Shown: positions 37,180-50,289, numbered from the whole stretch's first letter. The stretch: 63,279 nt of DNA, filler included, from Chiloscyllium plagiosum (GCF_004010195.1; 4 parts of one record of this genome joined end to end with filler, not necessarily neighbours in it), one strand, 5' to 3'. A program made the numbers and translations. The notes: a model not told the origin generated them from the sequence alone.

Positions 37180-38241
37180 CCTTTGTTGAGTAATGAGTGA
37201 ACAATAGAGATAGAGAGTCGAGGAATCGGGAGAGAGAACAGTTAAATGCATGGCTACAGGGATGGTGCAGGAGGGACTGATTACGGTATTTGGATAACTG
37301 GGGTTCTTTCTGGGGAAGGTGGGACCTCTATAAACAGGATGGTCTACACCTGAACCTGAGGGGCACCAGTATCCTTGGGGGGAGGTTTGCTAGTGCTCTT
37401 GGAGGGGGGTTTAAACTAACTCTGCAAGGGCATGGGAACCTAGACTGTAGCTTTAGGATGCAGGACCTGGAGTGTAGGGAGGTTAGGAACATGGCATCAA
37501 TCTCAAAGGAGGGTGCCCGTAAACAGGAAAGTGGCTTGAAGTGTGTATACTTCAATGCAAGAAGTATACGAAATAAGGTAGGTGAACTTGCAGCGTGGGT
37601 AGGTACCTGGGACTTCGATGTTGTGGCTATTACGGAGACATGGCTAGAACAGGGACAGGATTGGCTGTTGCAGGTCCCAGGGTTTAAATGTTTTAGTAGG
37701 GTCAGAGGGGGGGGTAAAAGAGGGGGAGGTGTGGCATTGCTTGTCAAAGATAGTATTACAGAGGTGGAAAGGACGATGGATGAGGACTTGCCATCCGAGG
37801 TAGTTTGGGCTGAGGTTAGGAATAGGAAAGGTGAGGTCACCCTGTAAGGAGTCTTTTACAGGCCTCCCAATAGTCCTAGAAACGTAGAAGAAAGGATAGG
37901 GAAGGTGATTCAGGAGATGAGTGACAGTAATAGGGTGGTTGTGATGGGGGACTTTAACTTTCCTGATATTGATTGGGAAAGATTTGGCTCAAGTTTGTTA
38001 GATGGGTCAGTGTTTGTCCAATGTGTGCAGGAGAGTTTCCTGACACAATATGTAGACAGGCCAACAAGAGGTGAGGCCATACTGGATTTGGTTCTGGGTA
38101 ACGAACCAGGCCAGGTGTTAGAATTAGAGGTAGGTGAGCACTTTGGGGATAGTGACCATAATTCGGTGATTTTTACTCTCGTGATGGAGAGGGATAAGTA
38201 TGTACTACAGGGCAAGAGTTATAGCTGGAGTCAGGGAAATT
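37180..38241 (+). mobile_element. CR1: end of ORF1 SGNH esterase plus ORF2 APE endonuclease
   Basis: WDLYKQDGLHLN.RG; CVYFNARSIRNK...VAITETWL...RGGGVALLV; VVVMGDFNFPDIDW; ILDLVL; GDSDH. Confidence 0.95.
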
Positions 38242-38341
38242 NNNNNNNNNNNNNNNNNNNNNNNNNNNNNNNNNNNNNNNNNNNNTTAATTAATTAANNN
38301 NNNNNNNNNNNNNNNNNNNNNNNNNNNNNNNNNNNNNNNNN

Positions 38342-39120
38342 TCTATCTAAACCTTTAGCACTATGGCAGTCCCAGTCGATGTTTGGAAAGTTAAAATCCC
38401 CGACCATAACTACCCTATTATTCTTACAGATAGCTGAGATCTCCTTACAAGTTTGTTTCTCAATTTCCCTCTGACTATTGGGGGGTCTATAATACAATCC
38501 CAATTCGGTGATCATCCTTTTCTTATTTCTCAGTTCCATCCAAATAACTTCCCTGGATGTATTTCCGGGAATATCCTCCCTCAGCACACCTGTAATGCTA
38601 TCCCTTATCAAAAACGCCACTCCCCCTCCTCTCTTACCTCCCTTTCTATCCTTCCTGTCGCATTTGTATCCTGGAACATTAAGCTGCCAGTCCTGCCCAT
38701 CCCTGAGCCATGTTTCCGTAATTGCTATGAAATCCCAGTCCCATGTTCCCAACCAGGCCCTGAGTTCATCTGCCTTCCCTTTTAGGCTCCTTGCATTGAA
38801 ATAAATACAGTTTAATTTATTAGTCCTACCTTGTCCCTGCCTGCCCTGACTGTTTGACTCACTTCTGTTCTCAGATTGATCTCTTTCCTCACTATCCCCC
38901 TGGGCCCCCCCCACCTCACTAGTTTAAATCCTCCCAAGCAGTTCTAGCAAATTTCCCTGCCAGTATATTAGTCCCCTTCCAATTTAGGTGCAATCCATCC
39001 TTCTTGTATAGATCACTTCTATCCCAAAACAGATTCCAATGATCCAAAAATATGAATCCTTCTCCCATACACCAGCTCCTCAGCCATGCATTCATCTGCT
39101 CTATCCTCCTATTCCTGCCC
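38342..39120 (-). mobile_element. CR1: ORF1 esterase C-terminus plus ORF2 endonuclease (different copy)
   Basis: RNRRIEQMNAWLRSWC...KKDGLHLN; CIYFNARSL...AITETWL; YYRPPNS; VGDFNFPNIDW. Confidence 0.95.
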
Positions 39121-40123
39121 TCAATCTCCCTGCAGAATCTCAATTTTTAAGGGCAGCAGAGAGAGAGAGAGAACTGCACAGTTTCCGCCTTTGCTGTTTG
39201 AATTCGTGTATCGCTGGACATCGGAGTGCATCTGGGAAAATTAACAAACAGTGAATTTCACAACTAATCTTGGAGGAACTGTTGGGCGAAGTTCACAGCA
39301 CAGAATCAGAGAAGTTAATTGTTGTTTTAAGTCTGTCCAAGAGAAAGGCTGCAGTAGTGAGTATAGTGGATTCTTTCTTGATTATATGTTTTTGGAAATA
39401 AGTCTCTTGATTAAACTTAAAATATAAGCCATAGCTATTAATTTAACCTGGGGCAGTGTTTGTAGGGGAATAAGACGGTGTTATTTTCTGGGTCTGTAGA
39501 TTGTGAAGGAGCAAAAATGGCCTTTGCAGTGATATGTACTTCTTGTCAGATGTGGGAGTTTAAAGAGAGTTTAAGGGTTACTGCGGATTACATCTGCCAT
39601 AAATGCTGTTGGATGCGAATCTTATCAGATTGAGTGGATCGGTTGGAGAGACAGATAGAAGCGATGAGGAATTTGCAACAGCAACAGTACGTGATGGATG
39701 GCAGTTATAGGAAGGGGGGAAAGTCTCAGGTACAGTTACATAGATGGGTTAACTCCAGGAAGGGTAAGAGAGGTCAGCACTTAGGGCAGGAGTTTTTTGT
39801 GGATATACCCATTTCAAACAGGTATGCTGTTTTGTAAAATGTAGGGGGTGATGGATTCTCAGGGGAAAGTAGCAAGAACAGCCAAGTTTCCGGTATTGAG
39901 ACTGGCTCTAATGCAAAGAGGGGTACGTCGGCTTCCAAGAGAACAATTGTGTTAGGGGATTCTGTAGTCAGAGGTACAGACAGACGTTTCTGTGGCCAGC
40001 AGAGAAAAAGCAGAATGGTGTGTTGTTTCCCTGGTGCCAGGATCAAGGATGTCTCAGAGAGGGTGCAGAATGTTCTCACGGGGGAGAGGGGCCAGCAGGA
40101 GGTCATTGTCCACATTGGAACCA
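39121..40123 (+). mobile_element. CR1 5' UTR plus ORF1 N-terminal part (zinc finger and esterase), inverted relative to 38342-39120
   Basis: ATG at 39517: MAFAVICTSCQMWE...YICHKC; IPISNRY; LGDSVVRGTDRRFCG...CCFPGARIKDV...VIVHIGT; internal stops. Confidence 0.92.
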
Positions 40124-40420
40124 TTGAGATAATTGGGAGGTGTTACATTTTGGTAAGACAAACCAGGGCAGGACTGACACAGATAATGCTAGGGTACTAG
40201 GCAGTGTTGTTGAACAGAGAGACATGGGGATTAGGTACATAGTTCCTTGAAGTGGTGTCACAGGTAGACACAGTGGTGAAGACGTTGTTAGGCACGCATG
40301 TCTTCATTGGTCAGAGCATTGCATTAAGGAGTTGGGTGTCATGTTACAGCTGTAGAAGACATTGGCGAAGCTATTTTTGGAGTACTGTGTACAATTCTGA
40401 TCATTCACCTCTCGGAAGGA
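40124..40420 (+). mobile_element. Older CR1 ORF2 C-terminal scrap
   Basis: EVLHFGKTN...EQRD.G...VHSSLK-like remnants. Confidence 0.75.
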
Positions 40421-42020
40421 TTTTTAAAATTCATTTGTGCATGTAGACGACTGGCCAGCATGCATTGGCCATCCCTAGTTGCCTTTGAGGAGGTGGTGGT
40501 GAGCTGCCTTCTTGAACCTCTTTGTCCACCTACTGTGAGCTGACCCACAATTCCATTAGGGAGTGAATTCCAGGATTTTACCCTTGCAACAGTGAAGGTG
40601 ATACATTTTCAACTCGATATGGTAAGTGACTTGGAGGGGAACTTGAATGTGGTGGTGTTCCCATATGTCTGCTGTCTTTGTCCTTCTAGATGGAAGTAGT
40701 TGTGTGTTTGGAAGGTACTATCTGAGGAACTTGCAGTGCATCATTTAGATGATACAAACTTCTGCTACTGGGCTACTTGGTGATGGAGAGGGTGGATGTT
40801 TGTAGATGTAATGCCAATCAAATGGGCTACTTTGCCTTGGATGGTGTCAAGCTTCTTGAGTGTTTTTGGAGCTGCACCCATGCAGGCTTGTGCCTTGTAG
40901 ATGGTGGACAGGCTTTGAGGAGTCAAGAAGTGAGTTACCTGCTGCAATATTCCAAGCCTCTGACCTGTTCTTGTAGCCACTGTGTTTGCGTGGTGAGTCC
41001 AGTTGAGTTTCTGGTCAATGGTAACCCCCAGGATGTTGATATTGTCACAATCACTGATGATAACACCATTGAATGTCAAGGGGCGGTAGTTAGATTGTCT
41101 CCTATTGGTCATAACCTGGCATTTTTGTGGTGCAAAAGTTACTTGCCACTTGTCAGCCCAAGACTGGATATTGTCCAGATCTTGCCTCATTTGAACATGG
41201 AATGCTTCAGTATCTGAGGAGTTGTAAATGGTGTTGTGCAATTAACCATGAACATTCCCACTTCTGACCTTATAATGGAGGGAAGGTTATTGATGAAGCA
41301 GCTGAATATAGTTGAGCCTAGGGCATTCTGCTGTAGGGCTCCTACAGAAGTGTCCTGGAGTTGAGATTTCCAATCTCCAATAACCAAACCATCTTCCTGT
41401 ATGTCAGATATGACTCCAATCACTGGAAACTTTGCATGATCCTCTATTGATGCCAGTTTTGCTAGGGGTTCTTGATGCCACACCCGGTTGAATGCAGTCT
41501 TGATGTCAAGGGCTGTCAATTTACTGCTGGAATTCAGCTCTTTTATCAATGTTTGAACCAAGGCTGTAATGAGGTCAGGAGCTGAGTGGACCTGACGAAA
41601 CCCAAACTGGGTGTCACTGAGCAGGTTATTGCTGAGCAGGTGCTGCTTGTTTGTACTATTGATGACACCTTCCATCACCTTAGTGATGACTAAGATTAGA
41701 CTAATGGGGCGGTAACTGGCAGGGTTGGATTTTTCCTGCATTTTATGTATGTGACATACCTGGGCAATTTTCTACATAGTCAGGTAGATACAGTGTATTG
41801 GACTGTATAACTGACCAGTGTAACTGTATGGAACAGCTTGGCTGGGGACTGGCAAGTTCTGGAGCTCAAGTCTTCAGTACTATTGCTGGAATATTGTCAG
41901 GGCCCATTGCCTTTGCAGTATCCAGTGTCTCCAAACATTTCTTGATATCACGTGGAGTGAATCAAGTTGGCTGAAGACTGGTATCTGTAATGCTGGTGAC
42001 GACTGGAAGAGGTTGAGGTG
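40420..42020 (-). mobile_element. CR1/L2-group LINE (second family), RT to 3' end
   Basis: KSNPASYRPISL...QFGFRQ.HSAPDLITALVQ; WADKWQVTFAPQKCQVM; NILGVTIDQKLNW. Confidence 0.9.
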
Positions 42021-42872
42021 AATTGAAACTGGAAAGGGTGTAAAATAGATTGACAAGGATGTTACCGAGATTGGAAGGTTTGAGCTCTAAGGAAAGGCTG
42101 GTTAAGCTGGGACATATTTGTCTGGAATGAGGAGGCTGAGTTTTATAGAGGTTATAAAATCAGAAAAGATTACATGGATGTTGCCAGGGTTGAATAGGCT
42201 AGGGCTGTTTTCCCTGGAGCATCAGAGACTGTAGGGTGACCTTATAGAGAATTATAAAATTTATGAGAGGCATGGAAAGGATAAATCGACAAAGTCTTTT
42301 CCCTGGGGTGGGGAGGGCATAGGTTTAGGGTGAAAGGGGAAAGATATAAAAGACACCTAAGGGGCAACTTTTTCACATGGAGGGTAGTATGGAATGAGCT
42401 GCCATTGGAAGTGGTGGAGGCTGGTACAATTGCAACATTTAAAAAGCATCTGGATGGGTATATGAATAGAAAGGGTTTGGAGGGATATGGGCCGGTGGGT
42501 TGGGATATCTGTTTGGCATGGACAAGTTGGACTGAAGGGTCTGTTTTCGTGCTGTACATCTCTATGACTCTATAAGGGACATAGATAAGGTAAATAGTCA
42601 AGGTATTTTCCCCAAGAGTAGAGAAGTCCAACACGAGAGAGCATTATTTTAAGGAGAGAGGGGAAAGATTTAAAAGGGGCAACCTTTTCACATACGGGTG
42701 ATATTTATATGGAGTGTGCTGTCAGAGTAAGTGGTAAAGGTGACATTTGGACAGGTACATGGATAGGAAATGTTTAGAGGGATATGGCAAATAGGACTAG
42801 TTCAGTTTCGGAAACCTGGTCAGCATGGAGCAGTGGGCTGACGGGTCTGTTTCCATGCTGCATGGATTTATC
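42020..42872 (+). mobile_element. Two nested CR1 3' ends
   Basis: RGNFFT.RVVWNELP.EVVEAGT; the inner copy ends CTCTATGACTCTAT at ~42575. Confidence 0.85.
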
Positions 42873-42942
42873 ACTGTGGAAAAATGTGAAATTATCCATT
42901 TTAGCCATGATACATCACTCCGCTTGGGCCAATGTCTCTTGC

Positions 42943-42998
42943 TATATATATGTTTGTGTGTGTGTGTATATATATATATAATATATAAAATATGTGTG
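42943..42998. repeat. (TG)n/(TA)n microsatellite
   Basis: Visible dinucleotide runs. Confidence 0.85.
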
Positions 42999-43992
42999 CG
43001 TATTTCTGAATGCACCATATGTTCTTTATTGGGGTGAATAGTTCTTGCTGGGATATAGTGTGTTGCTGTAGAACTCCTTCAGGGTGCAGTTTCAAAGGCA
43101 CCACCAATCTTTCATTACCACACGGAAATGTCTATCCATCAGGGTTCAACTCTAGACAGTTCATATTTGAAATTCCATGGGGAATTTCCATGTCTGTGCA
43201 GTCGACACCTTGCGTGGGGATTGTGCCAGTCATCCTTAATGAAAGGAAAGTAGTAAATTGGTGGAGATGGATGCTACAAGGATTTTGGTTTGGGTGGAGA
43301 GGGACCTGGGTGCCATGGATGGAAGGAGGCCACCAGTGGGAATGCCTCACCCTTTTGACCTGGCCTGACCTTCTCATGTACCCAGGGAAGTTGCGCAGGT
43401 TTTAATCGGTGGAGGATGACACTTTCACTCCCTAGCCTGGAGATACTGATGCACATTTCTGCCCTCACTCCCATCCCAATCATTCCAGTGAATCTTAAAG
43501 CAATCCTGGGGCATTGTATGGCATTTTGGCTCATTATCTCTGGCACGATGCCTCTGAGGAAGAGACAGCAGATTGAATTTTGATATGCAGTGTGTTGTCA
43601 AATTGCTAAAGAATTGAGAATGTTAATCTTTCTAAACTTGGCAGTGTTGTATTGAATTGCAGAGGTGACATTCATGACCTTGCCCAGGGCATGATTTCCA
43701 CCAACTCAGCAATCGGGCGTTCACCTCAGTCAATAAGCAGAGCAGGCTCAGAGCTATCGCTGTTGAGCAGGATTACATTACAGCTGCTTCATTACTCCCC
43801 TGAGTTTAAAATTAAAACAAATTCATTCCTTTTAATGAGCAAGTTAAAAGTGCCATGAGAAAGGACATCAAATAGTAGCAGAGCTGTTAATGGAGATCTA
43901 CTTTTGCATTGAGACATGCTACTTGAGTATACATCTCAAAGTTTAATTTTGCATGTATATATGTGTGTATCTGCATGTGTGCTTGTGTGTCT

Positions 43993-44620
43993 CATTGAGA
44001 TATACAACAGGGTCACAGATCCTTCGGTCCAACTCGCCCATGCCAACCAGATATTGTAAACTAATCTAGTCCCATTTGCCAGTACTTGGGCCATATCCCT
44101 CTAAACCATTCCTATTCATATACCCATCCAGATATCTTTTAAATATTGTACTTCCATACATGCACCTCTACATTAAAAAGTTGCCCCTTAGGTCCCTTTT
44201 ATATCTTTCCCCTCTTACCCTAAACCTATGCCCTCTACTTCTGGACTCCCCGATCCCAGGGAAAAGACTTTGCCTATTTTCCCTATCCATGCCCCTCATG
44301 ATTTTGTAAACCTCTATAAGGTCACCCCTCAGCCTCCGACGCTACAGGGAAAACAGCCTCAGCCTGTTCAGCCTCTCCCGATAGCTCAAATCCTCCAATC
44401 CTGGCAATATCCTTGTAAATCGTTTCTGGACCCTTTCACGTTTCACAACATCCTTCCACAGGAAGGAGACCAGAATTGCACACAATATTCCAACAGTGGC
44501 CTAACCAATGTCCTGTACAGCTGTAACATGACCTCCCAACTCCTGTACTCAATGCTCTGTCCAATAAAGGAAAGCATACCAAACGCCTTCTTCACTATCC
44601 TACCTACCTGTGGCTCCACT
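43993..44620 (-). mobile_element. CR1 3' fragment
   Basis: Same family as 1448-2080. Confidence 0.9.
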
Positions 44621-44687
44621 GTGTTTGTGTGTGTGTTTGAGAGATGGTCTGCCTTTATGTTCGTACAGGAATGGAGACTTTCTCATG

Positions 44688-45020
44688 ATTTTTTTATTTC
44701 AAAAATATACTTTATTCATAAAATAATTTGATGGTCTGTACAGTTGGTCATGCCATACATATGTAAACATGTACATACAGAGATCAGAATTTATCATTTT
44801 TATACAGGTCTGTACATTTTTCAATCATATGCCCATATAATTAGCTGAGGCGTCAGCGGAGCCCAAATGACTGCATGGGCCCCCTGTTCTTCGTTAGGCA
44901 GGCAGACTTTACACAGTGGTCTTTCCCCACCGCGCCTTGGCGGCAGCTGCCCCAAGCTTCAGCGCATCCCTCAACACGTAGTCCTGGACCTTGGAATGTG
45001 CCAGTCTGCAACACTCAGTC
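44688..45020 (-). mobile_element. Tx1/L1-clade LINE 3' end with poly(A)
   Basis: Minus strand reads TECCRLAHSKVQDYVLRDALKLGAAAAKARWGKTTV*, then 3' UTR, AATAAA and an A-rich tail; CpG-rich, so probably young. Confidence 0.7.
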
Positions 45021-45120
45021 NNNNNNNNNNNNNNNNNNNNNNNNNNNNNNNNNNNNNNNNNNNNTTAATTAATTAANNNNNNNNNNNNNNNNNNNNNNNN
45101 NNNNNNNNNNNNNNNNNNNN

Positions 45121-45410
45121 ATGGGTGAGTGTCGAACCAGAGGACACAGTTAAAAATACGGGGTAGACCATTTAGGACAGAGCTCAGGAGAAACTTCTTC
45201 ACCCAGAGAGTGGTTGCTGTGTGGAATGCTCTGCCCCAGAGGGCAATGGAGGCCCAGTCTCTGGATTCATTTAAGAAAGAGTTGGATAGAGCACTCAAGG
45301 ATTGTGGAATCAAGGGTTATGGAGATAAGGCAGGAACAGGATACTCATTAAGGATGATCAGCCATGATCATATTGAATGGTGGTGCACCTATTGTTTATT
45401 GTCTATTATC
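45121..45410 (+). mobile_element. CR1 3' end
   Basis: RGRPFRTELRRNFFTQRVV.VWNALP. Confidence 0.9.
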
Positions 45411-46169
45411 CTGATAGATGTATTGGTAGTCAATCTTCCATCCCAGACTATTGAACAGTCCCCTAATCCATTACAGGAAGGAGGATAGGTGGCAACGCTC
45501 TACCCCCACCACTGGCTTGTAATGACTGACATGAGGCTCACACCATGTTACAACCTAGCGACAATAGTGGATCCCTCATGGCTGTCATAACATGGTGGCA
45601 GAGATGGGATCTGACCCTCACCACAAGCAGTAGGCATCAAAAGAACCTGAAGGATTTTTTTTGTGCAAGGAAATGAATTGTCTATTTAAAAGTAATTCTG
45701 TTTAAGAAAAAACCCAGCTAGCCAGTCAGCTGCTGAATATATTTGAACAGATGTCAGTCAAAATGAATTCATGAAAGTTGGAACAACCAGCAGCTGCAGT
45801 CTGAGGTAAAAGGCAGTCGGACCTGGAGAAAGATGTGCAGAAAATGTCAGTGTGGACTATAGATAGTCAAACTTGAGCAGTAAGGGAGCTGATCTGAGCT
45901 TGGTATCAACGTAGGTGCGATGGAAAGTCTGAGCTCCAGCAGTAAGGGAAAAGGGCACAAGATGTACCTGAATGGTGCAAAATCCTGTCTGGGAGGCTGG
46001 ATGAAATAAACAGGAGCAGTTACTCGTAAAGCAAGTATTAGTGCAGTCATGAAAGGGTGCCATAAGATACAGCTGCAAAATGTTAAATAGACCTATAAAT
46101 TCACATTAAAGTCAGAAATATTGGGAATGAATTTAAACATCTGAAGTCCACTGCAGAAGAAGCAGCACC

Positions 46170-46322
46170 AGGGTGGTGAATTGGCCATGCTAAATTGCCC
46201 ACAGTGTTAGTCAGGGGTAAATATAGGGTAGGGGAATGGGTCTGGGTGGGTTTCTCTTCAGAGGGGCGGTGTGGATTTGTTGGGCTGAAAGGCCTGTTTC
46301 CACACTGTAGAGAATCTAATTT
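46170..46322 (+). mobile_element. 5'-truncated HE1 SINE
   Basis: GGTGAATTGGCCATGCTAAATTGCCC...GGCCTGTTTCCACACTGTAG. Confidence 0.85.
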
Positions 46323-47773
46323 AAAAAAACCAGTAAAGCACTTTTAGATGCAAGAGAGATTTTATTTAAATTTTGGAACATGTTTAATTGAGGAAAGAGC
46401 ATGAATATTCCATTTTATCAGGCAAAAAGACATGAATCATCTCAACAAGAAGGGAAAAGGTTGCAAATCCTTTATTTGGTCAAAAAGCCAGAAAATATCC
46501 CTGGAAGAGAAAAGGAATGTGTGAATTCTTCATTTTGATTCCTAAAATCATGAGGTACATATTAATACTTCAGAAACAAAAAAAAATGAAGAGAAATTAC
46601 AACTTTTGAAATGTTTAAAAGAATGTTGATAGATTTATTGAATTATATTACATTATATTACAGAATTTCAAAATGGAAAATAGTTTTAAAAATGGAAGTG
46701 GTTTACGAGGAAAAGGATTTCTGAGCTGCGAACAGTACATCACTACAGAGTAAGCAGGAAAGACAATTTAAGGCTTTATTGTAAGAATTTGATGCTGTTC
46801 AACAGTAATACAGAATTAACAAAACCAAAAAAATGACAAATAAAGAAAAAGCTACAAAGACGTTAGCAAGATTTACAGTAATTTAAAATTAAACTGTATT
46901 CCTGATAACAGTTCCTAAAGTTCAGAATTGTTCTCAAGTTAAATACCAAGACAGAATTCATTTATTCATTTATTATGAGCTTATGAAATCTTGCAACAAT
47001 TATCTTAATAACAAATAGAATTCTTGAATGGGAAATATTTAACAGCCGCATAGAAATATGGAAAATAGGAGCTGGAGCAGGCCATTCAGCCCTTTGAACT
47101 TGCTTCATGATCACAGCTGATTATCCAACTCAGTACTTTGTTCACTCTGTCTTCACTTAGCCTTTGATTCCTTCAGCCCCATATCTAACACCTTCTTGAT
47201 AGCCATTAATATTTTATTCTCAACTGTTTACTGTGTCACAGAATTCCACAAGCTCACCACCAACTGGCTGAAGAAATGATGGGGAGGCACTGGTGTTGGA
47301 CTGGGCTGGACAAAGTCAAAAATCACACAACACCAGGTTAGAGTCCAACAGCTTTATTTGAAAGGGCAAGCTTTCGGAGCCCTGTCCTCCAGACCATCTG
47401 TCCGTTTCGCCAGACTATTAATATTTTCTATTAATTTTTTTCTCTTTGACCAGGGAATTGTTCAGTTTTATTTGAACTTCCCTTGACTTGTGGTCTGCTG
47501 TTCAGATCATGTCACTCAACTTCAGATTCCCTTTGTTGAAAACTTGAGCTAATTGTATTGAGCACTGAATCTGCAATAACCCCCAAGCTCCTATTACCTT
47601 CATCATTGGCTACTTACATTGAAATATTGCTCATTTTTCCTGCTCGTGTCCAACACTTTACACTTCTGTTAATTTTTCTCTTCAATTATTGAGTTCATTC
47701 ATGTATTTTATTTCACCAATTCTCTAGTTTCTGATCTTGAATTCCCTCTTTGCTTGGCACTCTGCATATTATT

Positions 47774-47946
47774 GTCGAGAGTGTGGTGCTGGAAAAGCAC
47801 AGCTGGTCAGGCAGCATCCTGATGAAGGGCTTATGCCAGAAACATCGATTTTCCTGCTCCTTAGATGCTGCATGACCTGCTGTGCTTTTCCAGCAACACA
47901 CACTCGACTCTGATCTGCAGCATCTGCAGTCCTCACTTTCTCCACC
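47774..47946. mobile_element. Fold-back PLE mini-element
   Basis: Inverted arm joined directly to CTGATGAAGGGCTTATGCCAGAAACATC (47819-47846); TSD CTGCATMTTATT at 47762-47773 and 47947-47958. Confidence 0.85.
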
Positions 47947-49017
47947 CTGCATCTTATTAAATAATTTGCATTGTTTTTTTAAGAATCTAATTCATTTTTA
48001 TAAATAAGAAATAATCACTATCATTACCCCAAAATATTGGGACTCTACTAAGTTCCCTTTCCTTCCTCATTCTGAATAACCCCTCAAGCCAATTATTGCA
48101 GTTTACTACTGCTCAGCCATTTTTTTCTTTGTACCCACATATTCTTCTTAATCTTTTGATCATAAACAATTATCCTTCATGGAACTGTACCAAATGGTTA
48201 TTGACTGTCTTAGGACATCACAAATTCTCTTTTCTGGCCTTTCAACAATCGAGGATAAACATATGCAAATAAATAATTTGGCATAGTCCTGTTTGTTTGA
48301 ATTGTCTCATTATATATGCAGGTTGTCGGTGGTGTGCTTTGGGCTAGAGGGATCAGGGAAGGGTCTTAAGGAATGACATGCTACCACAGTGCATTAACTG
48401 CGAAAGCACTGTCATATCGTGCACTGTTCATTTGGAGAGTAGGGACTTCAGTGAGTAGCATTACTGCTGCAGGCAAATCCAATCACAGTCCACCTTCCAA
48501 CAAAATATTTACTTAATAAAGAAGCAGGAGTCTGTTTGGATTAATGGCAATGTTGAGTTTATTGAATGTTTTGACACATCTTATTATTCCTTTGAAAGCA
48601 CAAGATTGCCATAGTTAGAGCCAGCATAGTGGATATTGGAACTAACAAGTCTGAATTTGCAAATTCTGTTGATTCCACCGAATGTTTGACTTACAGAAGC
48701 TTGAAATGCCTAGAGGATAACATAGTGGGGGTGATTTCAACAGTGAGTGGGTGGCATTGCCCAATCCCCTTGGTGAGAAGCCCATTTTCATAGCTGTACC
48801 TAATCAGCATCATATTCACTGTGTGCTGAATTACTGCCCACAGGGTGAAAAGCTGAGGAGGAAGCTCAGTGCTAAACAGAAGGTGCAATCACACAAGAGA
48901 GGGCAAGATTGAGAAGAATTGTGAGGTCAACAGCAAATTCTGGTACCAGAAAAGGTGTTTTCGTAAGAAGAAATCAATTTTGCAGGTTTTGCGACAGCTT
49001 AAATTAATCTCTTTAAA

Positions 49018-50200
49018 GACATGGACTTTAGTTAGGCATTTGATAAGGTTCCCCGTGGTAGACCAATGGAGAAAGTGAAGTCACATGGTGTGCAGGGTTT
49101 TCTAGCTAGGTGGATAAAGAACTGGTTGAGCAACAGGAGACAGAGAGTAGTAGTTGAAGGGAGTTTCTCAAAATGGAGAAAGGTGACCAGGGGTGTTCCA
49201 CAGGGATCAGTGCTGGGGCCACTTGTTTGTGATATACATAAATGATCTGGAAGAGGGCACTGTTGGTAAGATCAGCAAGTTTGCAGATGACACAAAGATT
49301 GGTGGAGTAGCAGAAAACATAAGGGACTGTCAGAGAATACAGGAGGATATAGATAGACTGAAAAGTTGGGCGGAGAAGTGGCAAATGGAGTTCAATCTAG
49401 ACAAATGTGAGGTGATGCATTTAGTCAAGTCTAATTCTAGAGTGAATTATGCAGTGAACAGAAGAGCCCTTGGGAAAAGTTGATGAGCAGAGAGATCTGG
49501 GAGTGCAGGTCCATTGTACCCTGAAGGTTGCTGCACAGGTGGATAGAGTGGTCAAGAAGGCATATGGTCTGCTTGCCTTCATTGGACAGGTATTGAGTAT
49601 AACAGCTGGCAGGTCATGTTAAAATTGTACAAGACATTGGTTCGGCCGCATTTAGAACAGTGTGTATAGTTCTGGTCGCCATGTTATCAAAAGGATGTGG
49701 AAGCTTTGGAGAGGGTGCAGAGAAGGTTTATGAGGATGTTGCCTGGTATGAAAGGTGCTAGCTATGAAGCGAGGTTGAGTAGGTTAGGTTTGTTTTAATT
49801 AGAAAAAAAAAGATCGAGGGGGGACCTGATTGAGGTTTACAAAATCATGAAGGGCATAGGCGGGGTAAATAGAGATAAGTTTTTTCCCCAGGGTGAAGGA
49901 TCCAATAACGAGAGGTCATGCTTTCAAGCTGAGAAGTGGAAAGTTTAAGGGGGATACATGTGCAAGTACTTTACACAGAGGATGGTGGGTGTCTGGAACA
50001 CGTTGCCAGCAGAGGTAGTAGAGGCAGGAATGGTAGATTCATTTAAGATGCATCTGGACAGATGCATGATTAGGTGGGGAGCAGAGGGATACAGATGCTT
50101 AGGAATTGACCAACAGGTTTAAACAGTAGATTTGGATCAGCTCAGGCTTGGAGGGCTGAAGGGCCTGTTCCTGTGCTATAAATTTTCTTTGTTCTTTGCT
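49018..50200 (+). mobile_element. CR1 RT to 3' end
   Basis: [51 protein letters not shown]. Confidence 0.93.
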
Positions 50201-50289
50201 CTCTTTGTACATATTACGACGGAATGTGTGTGACTGAAACAGATTCCAATGGAAGGTAGAACTGAGATTGACTAAAGAACTGCATTTTA

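Noticed and set aside
37180..39120. Apparent inverted duplication of a CR1 esterase-endonuclease region
   Set aside because: The two copies are clearly diverged subfamilies and meet only at an artificial gap
43020..43560. Possible Harbinger nuclease remnant (QGVDCTDMEI resembles GAIDCTHI)
   Set aside because: A single short motif with competing alignments; not enough without an HMM search
45560..46900. A-rich stretch vaguely like an L1 ORF1 relic
   Set aside because: No convincing peptide motif recovered
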